This document shows positions 27,806-40,465 of a stretch of DNA of 64,000 nt, piece by piece. Made by a program: the position numbers and the translations under genes. Positions within the stretch are counted from its first letter, which is position 1, and each line of letters opens with the position of its first letter. Under the pieces are notes generated by a model. That model did no database searches and was not told the origin of the DNA. It was given only the letters and a program-made list of their open reading frames with translations. This stretch comes from Octopus sinensis (Eukaryota): assembly GCF_006345805.1 (NCBI RefSeq), contig NC_043008.1:3348001-3412000 (forward strand). Direction: 5' to 3'.

Positions 27806-28885
27806 AAAGGCGTTGAGTTGGTAGAATTATTAATTCGTCGGTCAAAATGCTTTACTGTATTTTTTATTCTGTCGCAGCAGTGTGTTGAGTGCAAACATCT
27901 CTGAGGTCAACCTCGCCTTTCGCGATCGATGAAATTAGATAGAAAGATCTATGACAACCAGTAGCCCCTACAAAATTACTTTCCTTCTGAATTTATTATG
28001 AGCGGAGTCGTAGAGATGTTCTAACAACCAAGTATAAAGACAGTGAGCCAGCGAGAGTATGAGTCGATGGTATGAAACCGACAGAATATTCTGAGTCAAC
28101 TAGGTCGAATTTGCTTTTCACCCTACAGACTTGATAAAATAAGTAAGAGTCGAGTGCTTGGATTGATGTGATCTGCCACTTCCTCCCCAATTATCAGGCC
28201 TTGAGCCTGTATACGAAAACATTATACTCCATGATAAAGCAGTGAGTTGCCAGAATCATTTTGCACGCTAGACACAATACTCAGCGGCATTTCGCCCGCC
28301 TTTCCGTCCTGAAATGATATTCCGCCAAGGTCGACTTTGCGTTCATTGTTCGGGATCGATGAAATAAGCACCAGCTTCGCACTGAAGTTGACGGAATCAA
28401 GTAGAACCCACTTATCCCAAATTTCAGAAATTGTATACCATACAAAATAATCGACTATTCCTCCCAACAAGCACAAAATTTCAAGTCTTGAGTCGAAAGT
28501 ACAAAAGATTATATATCCGTTGAAGGCGGTGTATAGGTGGAATCTTTAGAACATATGCGGAACTGCTTTGCTACCTTCGATCCGGCACCTTTTCTTCTAG
28601 GCTCGAATTCAGGCGATGTCAAATTAATATTTCGTCCTTCAAGGTGTTCAAAAATCTTAAGTACAAATCAATTAGTGGACTCGATGTAACTGTTCAAGCG
28701 CTTGCCTCAAGAATTCCCGTCTTGTATCTAAAGCAGAAACAACAATAATTTCAAAGTTTGGCACTTGGCCAACAATTTTGGCGGAGGGTACTTATTTTAT
28801 CAACCCCGAAAAAATAAAAGGCACAACCGAGCTCGGTGGAATTTGAAACCAGAACGTAAAAACAAAGAATTACCGCTAAACATTG
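27806..28885. mobile_element. Family-A SINE cluster: + copies at about 27806-27990, 28040-28225, 28233-28515, 28520-28745 and a - copy at 28750-28885
   Basis: Heads AAAGGCGTTGAGTTGGTAGAA, AAAGCAGTGAGTTGCCAGAATC, GAAGGCGGTG; GGTCGACTTTGCGTTCATTGTTCGGGATCGATGAAATAAG; minus copy GGTACTTATTTTATCAACCCCGAAA..GGAATTTGAAACCAGAACGTAAA. Confidence 0.75.
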
Positions 28886-30039
28886 GATGGATGGATGGAT
28901 GGATGAATGGATGGATGGATGGATGGATGGATGGATGGATGGATGGATTTATAAACGCATGTTTATTGATATATTTATAGCAAAATGTTATGCAAGGTAT
29001 TTTGTGTGTAAGCATATTTTAGTTTGTAATGCAAAAGCATACCTGAAGTTAAATTTTTACTCGTCTCTATAATATGGGAATTAAATGGAACTATTTCTAA
29101 CAGAATTGTGCATTATTCAGTGACAGCTCAATGGTGATAACATTTCATATTCTGCGGTTTACTGCTCCGTTGAAAATGTGTCGGTTTGGCAGAACACATT
29201 AGCAGAGAACATAGAGGTGACCATGTGTGAATCATGGCTCTGTCAATTGGTCTCCAGAAATGTCACTGACACATGTTGATGGTCACAGAAAAAGCGAGCG
29301 ACATAGGAAACTAAAGGAGCTTATGACGAAATAGTATTTCCGATTGAAATAAAGAAAATGCGCGCGGTGAAAATATCTCCTTAGGCACAAATAGCCATTA
29401 TCGCGGTTTCGATCACATGCTGCATAATGAATGCTTCCATTTCTATCTTCAGATTCAGAAAGAGACATTATAAAACCGAAGGGAGTTGTAAAAGTTGGTG
29501 GGATGGTTGTGAGTATTATTAATGTCTATTACGGTGTGAACTGATTTGAGTCATCTGGATATGGCTGGTGCTTGTTGAAAGCTATCCTGCATTGCATCAT
29601 GCTATAATTACACTTTCTGAAAGATACTCCGTAATTTTGTGTGTGCCTACCATAGGTTTTCATCAGAGTATTTTAAGATGTGTTCATGACTGACGTACGT
29701 CTTTGGGAATACTTATATTAGACACGATGTAAAATAAAAGATGAGAAATGCAGGTAAAATATTTGAAAATTGACCTGGTGGTATAATCGGTAACTCTTAT
29801 GTTCTTAGAGGAATGAAAACTTCCTTTCAGTTTTCAAGTATAGCTTCCTTCGGGTTAAGATCAAACTTAACTTATCATCAAATGCGCTCTTTAGAGTAAC
29901 TGACGTGGTTTATATGGAATCACTGGAAAACAGAATTATAACTGTATCCAAGAGGTTTGTGCCACATCTAGGGTTGGTTTAATTTGAGATCGAGAAATTC
30001 AGAGTAATTATTGGAGACATCGTTTTCCCATTTCATACT

Positions 30040-31216
30040 TGTCTGCCTGAGAATCTTTACCGATCTAGAGTATTTGCCAACATTGCATAGAGAACTGTTG
30101 TTGTGTGCAAAGCTGGGCAACAGCTTAAAAGAAGAATAAACATCCCAACCACATGTAGGAAATATTACTACGTGGATAGGGTAAAGGTGTGCAGAATGCC
30201 CCCTGAAATTAAAGAGACATAGCTGATAGCAGCAGTAATGCAAAATATGGAAGAAGAAGCGAAGATACTAAAAGTTAAAAGAACCAATAAGTTGGGCTGA
30301 TAGGGTAATGGCCTTGAAATGGCCATACAAGTGAGTCAAAGGGACTTACATGGAATTGCAGAGGAGATATTAGTGCCAGATGACAGACTGAGAATGGTAG
30401 TGGAGGGTAGACCTCCAACATGCTACCAATGTGGGGCGAAGGGGCACATGAAGGCAAGGTGCCACAGAAGGAAAACAAAGATGAGGAGCATAGGAAACAG
30501 CAGATTGTCGAACAAGAACAAAGTGCAGAAGTGGTGGTAGGAGAGGGTGAGGAAGCAGAAGAACCTTTTACTGTGGTAAACAGAAGAAAGAGGAAGGGAC
30601 GCGTGGGATCTCCGCCGGAGAGTCAGACAGAGAAGAAGGGAAAGGAGTGGAGACGGACACAAAAGAGTTCTGGCGGAATATAAATACTCCAGCTTCACCA
30701 ACAAAAGATAGAGAAGTGAAGGAAATACGCAGTATAACATCATCACCAACAAAATCGGAGGTGGATTCGGGTACTAGAGATTTTTTTACCAGCGAGGATG
30801 TGCAAGAGATACACCAGCAGAAGATACAGACCTTAGAGATATTCTCCAGAGAGAATGCGAAAGAGAAGCACCAACAGAAGAACAGGCTTTTCGGGACAGT
30901 ACAGGTGTGTCACAAGAACGAACAAGTGAGAAACAGAAGAGGTTTCGGTGGGCTATGGTTGCGTATGCTAAGGGTACGGATGCCGAAAACAGACTAGCTA
31001 AATATAAAACAATTGTAAGGGTAAAATTGTCAGCGGAGAGATACACTGAAAATGTTAAAGGAGTTTTAATGAGCAAGAAGAGATATGAGAAGCTGCGGGA
31101 TTTGTTTGGAAAAGAAATTGGGCCCACTGGGTGCAGAAGAAGAATTCGATAAACTGCCACTAGTGGTGGATTACAACGAATTAGAACTTTTAAGGATTTC
31201 AAAAAAAAGTAAGTAA
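30040..31216 (+). pseudogene. Disrupted gag/ORF1-like reading frame of a non-LTR retroelement (RRM-like segment plus CCHC knuckle); no ORF2 follows
   Basis: One frame reads KAGQQLKRRINIPTTCRKYYYVDRVKVCRMPPEIKET*LIAAVMQNMEEEAKILKVKRTNKLG**GNGLEMAIQVSQRDLHGIAEEILVPDDRLRMVVEGRPPTCYQCGAKGHMKARC, with stops at 30220, 30298 and 30301. C-X2-C-X4-H-X4-C at 30421-30462. Frameshifted continuation EPFTVVNRRKRK...DKLPLVVDYNELELLRISKKSK* to 31216. Confidence 0.75.
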
Positions 31217-33615
31217 ATGTTAAAATAATAGAATATAAATATGATGCTAATAGAGAAAAAAATTGGAAAAAGAAAACGATTAAAAACTGTATGTAAAAAC
31301 ATTAAAAACTTAAAATGGTACTGCTTGAGAGTGGGGCTCAATGCATCCATTTCATTATCATTAAATTTATACATTTTATACATTTCCTGTCATCCATTTT
31401 ATGCTTTTGTCCCCACTGTGGTGTTGTCTGTCCTTGCATTGTCCCCTCTGCAATCCCACATGACCAATGCAATAGAAAGCTGCTTCAGTAAACGCAAATT
31501 TGACCAAAATCTTGTTGGCCAAATAAGTGGAACCCAACCATTAGTCCTCATTCAAATGTCAAAAATTGTTCGACTTTTGATTATCCTTTTATTTATCTGA
31601 AACGAAAATTCCTTAAATTTGGTAGCCATAGCATCATGGTTCAAGAATATCAGAGTTCGTTGCACAAATACTCTGTCGACTGAGAGTTGCAGTTGCCGCT
31701 CATCCTGGAAATGACGATACATTGAAGATCTTTACGCATTAAACAATATTTCTAATGCGGATCAGCAAACAGCGCCTTGTTGTACATCACCGAGAACAAC
31801 TGTAGGAGAATGGTAGCTTTCTCTGTTTTTAATTTGCTGCACTTGGTGCAGTAAGTATCCGATCATACTCTCTGGTGATAATGGCAAAGTTGTGGAGGAG
31901 CGGATAACTAGCAGATAGAGATAATATTAACAAAAAGATCTTCTCATCTTACGTAGAGTATAACTCTGCACTCACTTCCAAATTAATTCTCTCCTGTGTA
32001 ACATCTTCCCAGGAACTTTTCATTCTATGTTACGCATAGTCGTCGGGAGACTCTATTGAGTTACAAGAATGATGGAAGATCAAAAACATTGTGCGAGAGC
32101 TTTTGATGTTGAAATCTTTTAACGAAATTCCTCATTTACAATTTTACCTTCATGGATCCACATTTAAATTTGTATTCGAGTATGTTGACATTACTACTCA
32201 CTTCTATAACAATACTGGCAAAGAATTTTATATAAAATATATAAATTGTATATGAAGTTGTTATTAATTTTTTAAATCAAAAAGAAAAATCACGACTTCA
32301 AGAAATTAATCTGAGGTTTCAAGTTCCATAGAATACTAAAAATATTTTAATCTTTCTTTTTTCCACATTTGACATTGTTTGCACATGTAAAATATGCAGG
32401 TATTATGTGCTATGAATTCTTATTAAATTCGAAATATATTCAAAATATTAGAAAAATTAACAGTCCAAATTACGGAGCGTGTATGCAAAATATTTTAGAA
32501 ATGCAAATGAATTTATATGTAACATTGTAAGAATAAATTATCTCTCATTTATTGTATCTGAGGCCGTGTACTGATATTTACGTACCACTTCCGAAAGATT
32601 CAACCACACACAAAGCTAGCTATCTGATGCAATTCATTCCATATTTTTTTTAATTATAGGATGTGTTGGTCATTCTTCAATCATTATGTCTTACAAATAA
32701 AATATCAGTCCAATGGATGACACTCATAACCAGTCAAGTGTGACTGTCGTGTAGCACAAATAGCACCAGGAAGCTTCACTCGGCATCCGGGATCCTCTGA
32801 AGTATTTTCTTACAGGCGAATATAAACCATTTTACTGGTAATTTATCTTATTAATCCAATAAGAATTAAAAGTCAATGATCAGCAGAATGTGAACTCGGA
32901 ACATAAACAGCCGTAAGAAAATACTGCCCAAGCTACGATGTTCGATGCTGAAATGATTTTGCGAATACACTGCTCGGTTGAAAAATGTCTTTGATTTTGG
33001 TTTTATGGAAACAAGATCAACAAAGATTTTCCGGCCGAAGCATGCTCAGCAATGTATTTCCTTTATAAACTATGTTTCTATCCTCAAAACGTGTGATTCT
33101 TCTAAATATCTTATAAGAGGAAACTAAGTTAACATAACGCACAGCATGGTTATCTTTGTCGTTAAGTAGAGACTTTGTAGGTTTCTGGCATGTGCAGCAT
33201 CATAATATATGGCTCTAATTATATTCATCTTTGTTCAGCGTTGCTAGAAAAAACATATCTTGCCATTCAAATGAGATGATATGAAAGGAGCTTTCTTTCT
33301 CGCAACACTTCGAAAACAATAATCCCTGGAGAATTACAGGATATATTAGGTATCGGGTTTATGGTGAATTTGACTCTTGAACTTCAAGGTTTCATCCTCA
33401 AATTGACAACAGTTTAAGAGCAATATTGGATGTTTATATATACAGAGTTGTTTTAATATCACAGTCTTCCTCTTTTTCTTTCTCCTTCTCCATCTTTCTC
33501 AGAATATTAATATCAGTGATTATGATGAATATTTGGACTATTCCAACTACTCGTTATGTATGTTTGTTGTATTATTTTCTAATACTCTATCATTAAAACC
33601 ACTTCCTACACTCTG

Positions 33616-34569
33616 ATGTCGAGCAGAATAGATAAATTATTTATTCACGCATATTGTCGACTTCATATTTTCGGTGATGGCGAACAGCATTCCATGTCTT
33701 TCACAGATTCTTTTGTGTTTCGTGTTTCAATTTTGTTGTTTCTTTCATCTTCCTTTGCTGCCACTTGCTTATGTCATGTTGTTTTATCATTCGCTCGGCT
33801 ACCATCACCAACGCTGCCACCAACCTCACCGACACTTTACGCAAACATCAGCATCACTATCAGCATCATCAACAAAACGTCTGACAACAACCACCGTCCC
33901 CATCACCCACCACCGCCACCACCGCCAATAACTCATGCGTTTCGTTCTTCAGCGACTTTTTTTATTCTTCCTTTATGTCCATATTTATTACTGTTTCCTT
34001 TTCTGACGGTTTTACCATTTTTGTTTTACTTTTTCATTTTCTATTGCAGAATGATGGCTGGATGTTAAACAACAATTACGTAGTTTCATTTTCTGCTTTC
34101 CAATCACTTTTCTCAACCGAAATCTCTCCATGTCTCCCACACCACCACCACCACCACCACCATATAGTTCCCTATATTACTCTTTCGCTCTTTCATCTTG
34201 TTTCTTTCAACTCCATATTTATGGCTGCTTTCTTCTTTTCCTTCCTTTTTTGCCCTGTTTTATTTCTCTTTTATAATTGCCGTCAGTTGGCAGATGTGTT
34301 GATTATCAAACTGTTCTTTCAATGCGTTTACAAAGCTTTCTTGTAGAAGAGTTGCTTGCTTTATCTCTTTTTATTATATCCTCCCCTAAAAGTTTACTTA
34401 AAATATTATTTGCCTCGCACAATTCCAAATCTTCATCTGCTGTTTTTTATTGTCTATTTTTCTCTTTTTAAAGCTCTATTTCCGTCTGAAAGTCATTAAT
34501 CTTGATCAGTTCTAACCATTCGATTTTACAACGTGCATTTTGACGAAGACAACTGAGTTCTGCTTACAG
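33616..34569 (+). other. Possible non-coding (5' UTR-like) exon ending at donor CAG|GTACGA
   Basis: SINE-free, pyrimidine-rich stretch with (CAC)n tracts and a consensus-like donor at 34569/34570; no ATG-initiated frame reaches the donor. The start coordinate is arbitrary. Confidence 0.25.
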
Positions 34570-34994
34570 GTACGAGATATTGCCAACAAATTCAACAAGT
34601 CATCGCTTGATGCTTCGTTTTTCTTCTCCATTTTCATAAACCCTAGTTTATGGGAAGAAAAAATAGAAAATGTATACATGTATGTATAATTTGCTTTTGT
34701 TAATGCGGAACACGTTATATATCTAACAGGAATTCACGTACACACACAACGACTTAAATGCATTCATATATATTTCGTATATGTATACATATTCACACGC
34801 CCACACATACACACACACGTACACGCACATATTGGAGCAATGTGAGTTCGTGTGCACGAGTGTGTAAGATCGAATACATGTATGAAATAAAAATGGTAAA
34901 TTTGATTGGTATAATGCATGGTGTTGCATCTAAAATCAAACAGCAGTTTGCACACAGGAAATCTTCTTATGTGTAGTAGAGGAAATAGTAACAC

Positions 34995-35174
34995 TAATAA
35001 TAATAATAATAATAGTAATAATAATATAATAATAATAATAATAATAATAATATAATAATAATGATGATAATAATAATAATGATAATAATAATAATCATAA
35101 TAATAATAATAATGATGATGATAATAATAATAATAATATAATAATAATAATAATAATAATAAATAATAATAATG

Positions 35175-35207
<33 letters not shown>

Positions 35208-35521
35208 GTAATAATAATAATAATGACAATAGCAACTTTAACAAAAACAACAATGATAACAACAGCAAGAGCGAGGAGGAGGAGGATGTGGTAGTGGTGG
35301 TGGTGGTGGTGGTGGTGGTTGTGGTGGCGGCGGTGGTGGTGGTGGCGGAGGAAACGGATGGATGGGGAGGGGAGGAGGAGGAGGAAGAAGAGGTGGATGG
35401 TGGTGCTGGTAGTGTTTATGATGATGATGATAAGAAGAAGCAGAAGGTGGAGGGGAGGGAGAGGAGGGGAAAGAGGAGAAAGTAGAAGAAGAAAAAGAAG
35501 AAGAAAAAAAAGAAGAAGAAG

Positions 35522-35552
<31 letters not shown>

Positions 35553-35987
35553 CCATTATTTGCAACGGAATTGCTGTGGAACGAAAAAAACCCAGTATCT
35601 CGGCTATACAAAAATTTTCAATTGAAAAGAAACGAAACGAAACGGCGGTGAGCATCGCACCTGAACCGCTGAACCGGAGCCAACTTCATGCCAGAAGCTC
35701 TGCTTTCAAAAGTCGCTCTCTTCAATCACACACAAGTCCTCCGCTCTCAGCAGTCGGCTCTCATAAATCGACAATTCACCACGTTTATATTATTATTGTC
35801 ACCGTTACGGTTTTCACTGTTGTTCTTTTTGGTTGTCGTCGTTGTTGTTGATGATGGTGATGAGGAGGAGGAGAAGGGGAGGAGCGGGCGGGGAGGAGTA
35901 GAACGACAACGACGACGACGAAAACGAAAACGACGCCGACAATGACAAAGGCGACGATGACGACGACGACGACGACGATGATGGTAG

Positions 35988-36020
<33 letters not shown>
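34995..36020. repeat. Compound trinucleotide field: (AAT)n, (GGT)n, (GAG)n, (GAA)n, (GAC)n, (GAT)n around a unique core at 35552-35830
   Basis: Direct reading. Confidence 0.9.
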
Positions 36021-36214
36021 CGTTTATTTTTCTACTTTAATGCCTGGTCAGTTGTAATAGAAAAGATGGACGAACAAATTGTACTCCAACCATGACCAGC
36101 CCATCTTATTTTTAGAATCAGTATATTGTATACAAAAGCTTCATTGCACAGTATGATTTTTTTGTCTGTGTTAAATCAATGAGTTGTTGTGAGGTCTGTT
36201 GTAGACTGTCAATA

Positions 36215-36330
36215 TTTCAAGAGGAATTTATCTGTAATATAAGATGTGATAATTATTCGGTTGCCATGATAAGACTCCGAGTTTCGGATGTCTGAGAGGA
36301 AACATCCAGCATCACGTTAGTTATAGAGGC
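36215..36330 (-). mobile_element. Repeat fragment with a degenerate type I hammerhead (36268-36324)
   Basis: Minus strand ATAA-CTAACGT-GATGCT-GGATGT(ttcctctcag)ACATCC-GAAA-CTC(g)GAG-TC-TTAT. Stem I ATAA/TTAT, a 6-bp stem II and GAAAC..GUC are intact; the core deviates from CUGANGA at two positions. Confidence 0.5.
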
Positions 36331-36412
36331 AACCGTAAAATGGTATATCTATATCTATCTATCTATCTATCTATACATATATATCTATATATATATATAT
36401 ATCTATATATAT

Positions 36413-36455
<43 letters not shown>

Positions 36456-36536
36456 CAAATAAAGACCGGAAGAGGGAATATACAAGAATTTATTATTAAC
36501 AACGACAATTGTTTCGACACTTTTCTTTGTGTGTGC

Positions 36537-36605
<69 letters not shown>

Positions 36606-36688
36606 GGTCCCGGGTTGATCCGGGGTTAACCACAGTAAGTAAGGTACTCAATACATAGCAGAGTAAAATTAATTTATTATATAGAAGG

Positions 36689-36738
36689 AGCTTCTACAGG
36701 ACTAGTACTGTTTCATTCAAGAGAATCTTCAGGAAGCT
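36689..36738 (-). ncRNA. Type I hammerhead ribozyme motif, left-arm copy
   Basis: AGCTTC-CTGAAGA-TTC(TCTT)GAAT-GAAA-CAG(TACTAGTC)CTG-TA-GAAGCT: 6-bp stem I, intact CUGANGA and GAAA cores, 4-bp stem III, GUA triplet; stem II junction non-canonical. Confidence 0.65.
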
Positions 36739-36934
36739 ATTTAACAAGAATTGTATTAGCATTTATACATTTAGGCAGGTTTAAAGGAGTGGTGGTGGGG
36801 GACTTTTTTGGGGGTAGGCATAGCGCAAAATATCATACTTGGGGGAGTGGTCAAGGAGTCAGTGGTAAGTTAGATGAAAGAATAGATAAATAAAAAATAA
36901 AATAAAAAATAAAATAAAAAATAAAAAATAAAAT

Positions 36935-36971
<37 letters not shown>

Positions 36972-37131
36972 ATAAAAAATAAAAAATAAAAAATAAAAAA
37001 TAAAAAAATAAAAAAATAAAAAAAATAAAAAAATAAAATGTGTGCACATACATACATAAACACATATACATACACACACACATACGTACACATGTGTGCC
37101 TATACATACCTACACATACACACATACATAC

Positions 37132-37202
<71 letters not shown>

Positions 37203-37526
37203 ATCAAATACAGGCCCATTCCCTAATTTTAATTTTATTATCTTCATTTATTACTTTTGTTATCTTTGATCGCTAGGGCTAAGGATCCTGGCGATGGCAG
37301 CATGTCCAATTGTCTGTCTACTAGAAGGCAAGTACTCGTTCCCGCACGCACACTCATTAGCACGTACATACACCCATTCGTACACTCATACACATACACG
37401 TACGCACGCGTTATTTCATACATACAAACATCTACATACGTTCACGTATATACACATACGTAGTCGTACCTACAGATTCATGTCTAACACTTTAGGAGGC
37501 TAGTCTATATATATACACCAATAAAT

Positions 37527-37565
<39 letters not shown>

Positions 37566-37931
37566 ATACACATATACACATACACACACCACACACATAT
37601 ATATACTCCTACATACAGATACATACCCATATATATATACATATACACACACATACATATATATTATATATATACATACATATATATATAAATAATATAT
37701 ATATATATATACATACATACACACACACACATATATACACACCACATACATACACATATATATACATACACAAACATATATACACACATATATATATATA
37801 TACAATATATACACACATACATACACACACCTACATACATATACACACAAACACATACATACGTAAACATACATACATACATCCATACATCCATACTTAC
37901 ATGCATTTATACGCATACATACACCCCCATC

Positions 37932-37965
<34 letters not shown>

Positions 37966-38170
37966 ATACACACTCACACATACATATACAATATACGCCC
38001 ACACATACATACATACACGTATACGCATACACGCACATACACATATACATGCGTACCCATACACGTGCATGTGTGTGTGTATGTGTATATGTGTATATGT
38101 GCATGTGTGTGTGTATGTGTATATATGTGTATCATTATTGCGTATGTATACATGTATATGTGTATATGTA

Positions 38171-38205
<35 letters not shown>

Positions 38206-38676
38206 GTATATATGTGGGGGTATATGTATGTATATGTATATATATATATATATGTATGTATATATATATGTATGTGTATATATATATATATGTATGTGTG
38301 TATGTGTATATATGTATGTATATGTGTATGTGTGTGTACATGTATATATATGTGTGTGTGTATATATATATATGTTTATATGTGAGTATGTAGAGATATA
38401 AGTATATGCATGTGTATACATGTGTGTGTGTATATATATATACATATATATATATATGTATGGGTATGTGTATCCGTGTATATATGTATGTGTGTGTGTA
38501 TGTATATGTATGTATGTGTGTATATATGTATGTGTATATGTGTATATATGTGTAATATATATATATATATGTATGTATGTGTATTGTGTATGTGTGTGTA
38601 GGTGTGCATGTATGTGTATGTGTATATGTGTATATATATGTTTGTGTATATATGTATATATATATGTGTATATATG

Positions 38677-38705
<29 letters not shown>

Positions 38706-38707
<2 letters not shown>

Positions 38708-39135
38708 GTGCGCGTGTGTGTATGTATGCATATATGTATGTATGCATGTATATGTGTATGTATATATGTGTGTAAGTGTGTGCATATATGTATATGTAAG
38801 TATGTGCGCGTGTATGAGTATGTATGTATGCTTGCACACGTGTATATATATGTGTGTGTGTGTATATATATGGATGCGCGTGCGTGCGTGCACGTGTATG
38901 GGTACGCATGTGTATTGTGTATGTGCGTGTATGTGTATGTATGCATATATGTATGTATGCATGTATATGTGTATGTATATATGTGTGTAAGTGTGTGCAT
39001 ATATGTATATGTAAGTATGTGTGCGTGTATGAGTATGTATGTATGCTTGCACACGTGTATATATGTGTGTGTGTGTATATATATGGATGCATGTGCGTGT
39101 GTGCACGTGTATGGGTACGCATGTATATGTGTATG
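38706..39135 (+). repeat. Two-copy ~215-bp tandem duplication in the spacer, running into the right arm
   Basis: GTAAGTGTGTGC at 38772 and 38987; GCTTGCACACGTG and TGCACGTGTATGGGTACGCATG occur once per copy. Confidence 0.85.
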
Positions 39136-39991
39136 TGCGTGTATGCGTATACGTGTATGTATGTATGTGTGGGCGTATATTTGTATATGTATGTGTGAGT
39201 GTGTATATATATATATATATATAATATATATATATATATAGATGGGGGTGTATGTATGCGTATAAATGCATGTAAGTATGGATGTATGGATGTATGTATG
39301 TATGTTTACGTATGTATGTGTTTGTGTGTATATGTATGTAGGTGTGTGTATGTATGTGTGTATATATGTATATATATATATATGTGTGTATATATGTTTG
39401 TGTATGTATATATATGTGTATGTATGTGTGTGTATATATATGTGTGTGTGTGTATGTATGTATATATATATATATATATATAATATATGTATGTATATAT
39501 ATATATATATGTATATGTGTGTGTATATGTATATATATATGGGTATGTATCTGTATGTAGGAGTATATATATGTGTGTGTGTGTGTGTATGTGTATATGT
39601 GTTATATATATATATATATATTAATATATATATATGTATATTTATTGGTGTATATATATAGACTAGCCTCCTAAAGTGTAGACATGAATCTGTAGGTACG
39701 ACTACGTATGTGTATATACGTGAACGTATGTAGATGTTTGTATGTATGAATATAACGCGTGCGTACGTGTATGTGTATGAGTGTACGAATGGGTGTATGT
39801 ACGTGCTAATGAGTGTGCGTGCGGGAACGAGTACTTGCCTTCTAGTAGACAGACAATTGGACATGCTGCCATCGCCAGGATCCTTAGCCCTAGCGATCAA
39901 AGATAACAAAAGTAATAAATGAAGATAATAAAATTAAAATTAGGGAATGGGCCTGTACTTGATTGTGTATATATATATATATATATTATAT

Positions 39992-40046
<55 letters not shown>

Positions 40047-40403
40047 GTATGTATGTGTGTATGTGTAGGTATGTATAGGCACACATGTGTACGTATGTGT
40101 GTGTGTATGTATATGTGTTTATGTATGTATGTGCACACATTTTTTTTTTTATTTTTTTATTTTTTTATTTTTTTATTTTTTATTTTTTATTTTTTATTTT
40201 TTATTTTTTTATTTTATTTTTTATTTTTTTTTTTATTTTTTTATTTTTTTATTTATCTATTCTTTCATCTAACTTACCACTGACTCCTTGACCACTCCCC
40301 CAAGTATGATATTTTGCGCTATGCCTACCCCCAAAAAAGTCCCCCACCACCACTCCTTTAAACCTGCCTAAATGTATAAATGCTAATACAATTCTTGTTA
40401 AAT

Positions 40404-40454
40404 AGCTTCCTGAAGATTTCTCTTGAATGAAACAGTACTAGTCCTGTAGAAGCT
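40404..40454 (+). ncRNA. Type I hammerhead ribozyme motif, right-arm copy; predicted cleavage after A40448
   Basis: AGCTTC(40404-09) CTGAAGA(40410-16) TTTC-TCTT-GAAT GAAA(40429-32) CAG-TACTAGTC-CTG TA GAAGCT(40449-54). All core nucleotides present; 10.1:11.1 is U-U instead of the usual G-C. Confidence 0.7.
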
Positions 40455-40465
40455 CCTTCTATATA

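Noticed and set aside
33931-33956. CTGAAGA-AC-GAAAC-GCATGA-GTT on minus
   Set aside because: No stem II and no stem I complementarity; chance juxtaposition of HHR core words.
34994-35945. Poly-L/I/H/E/R ORFs
   Set aside because: Translations of trinucleotide tracts with no start or splice context that yields a sensible protein.
37954-39909. 651-aa ORF and overlapping long ORFs
   Set aside because: YI/HT/CV dipeptide read-through of (TA)/(CA)/(TG) microsatellite, which lacks stop codons. The unique N-terminus is just the inverted-repeat arm.
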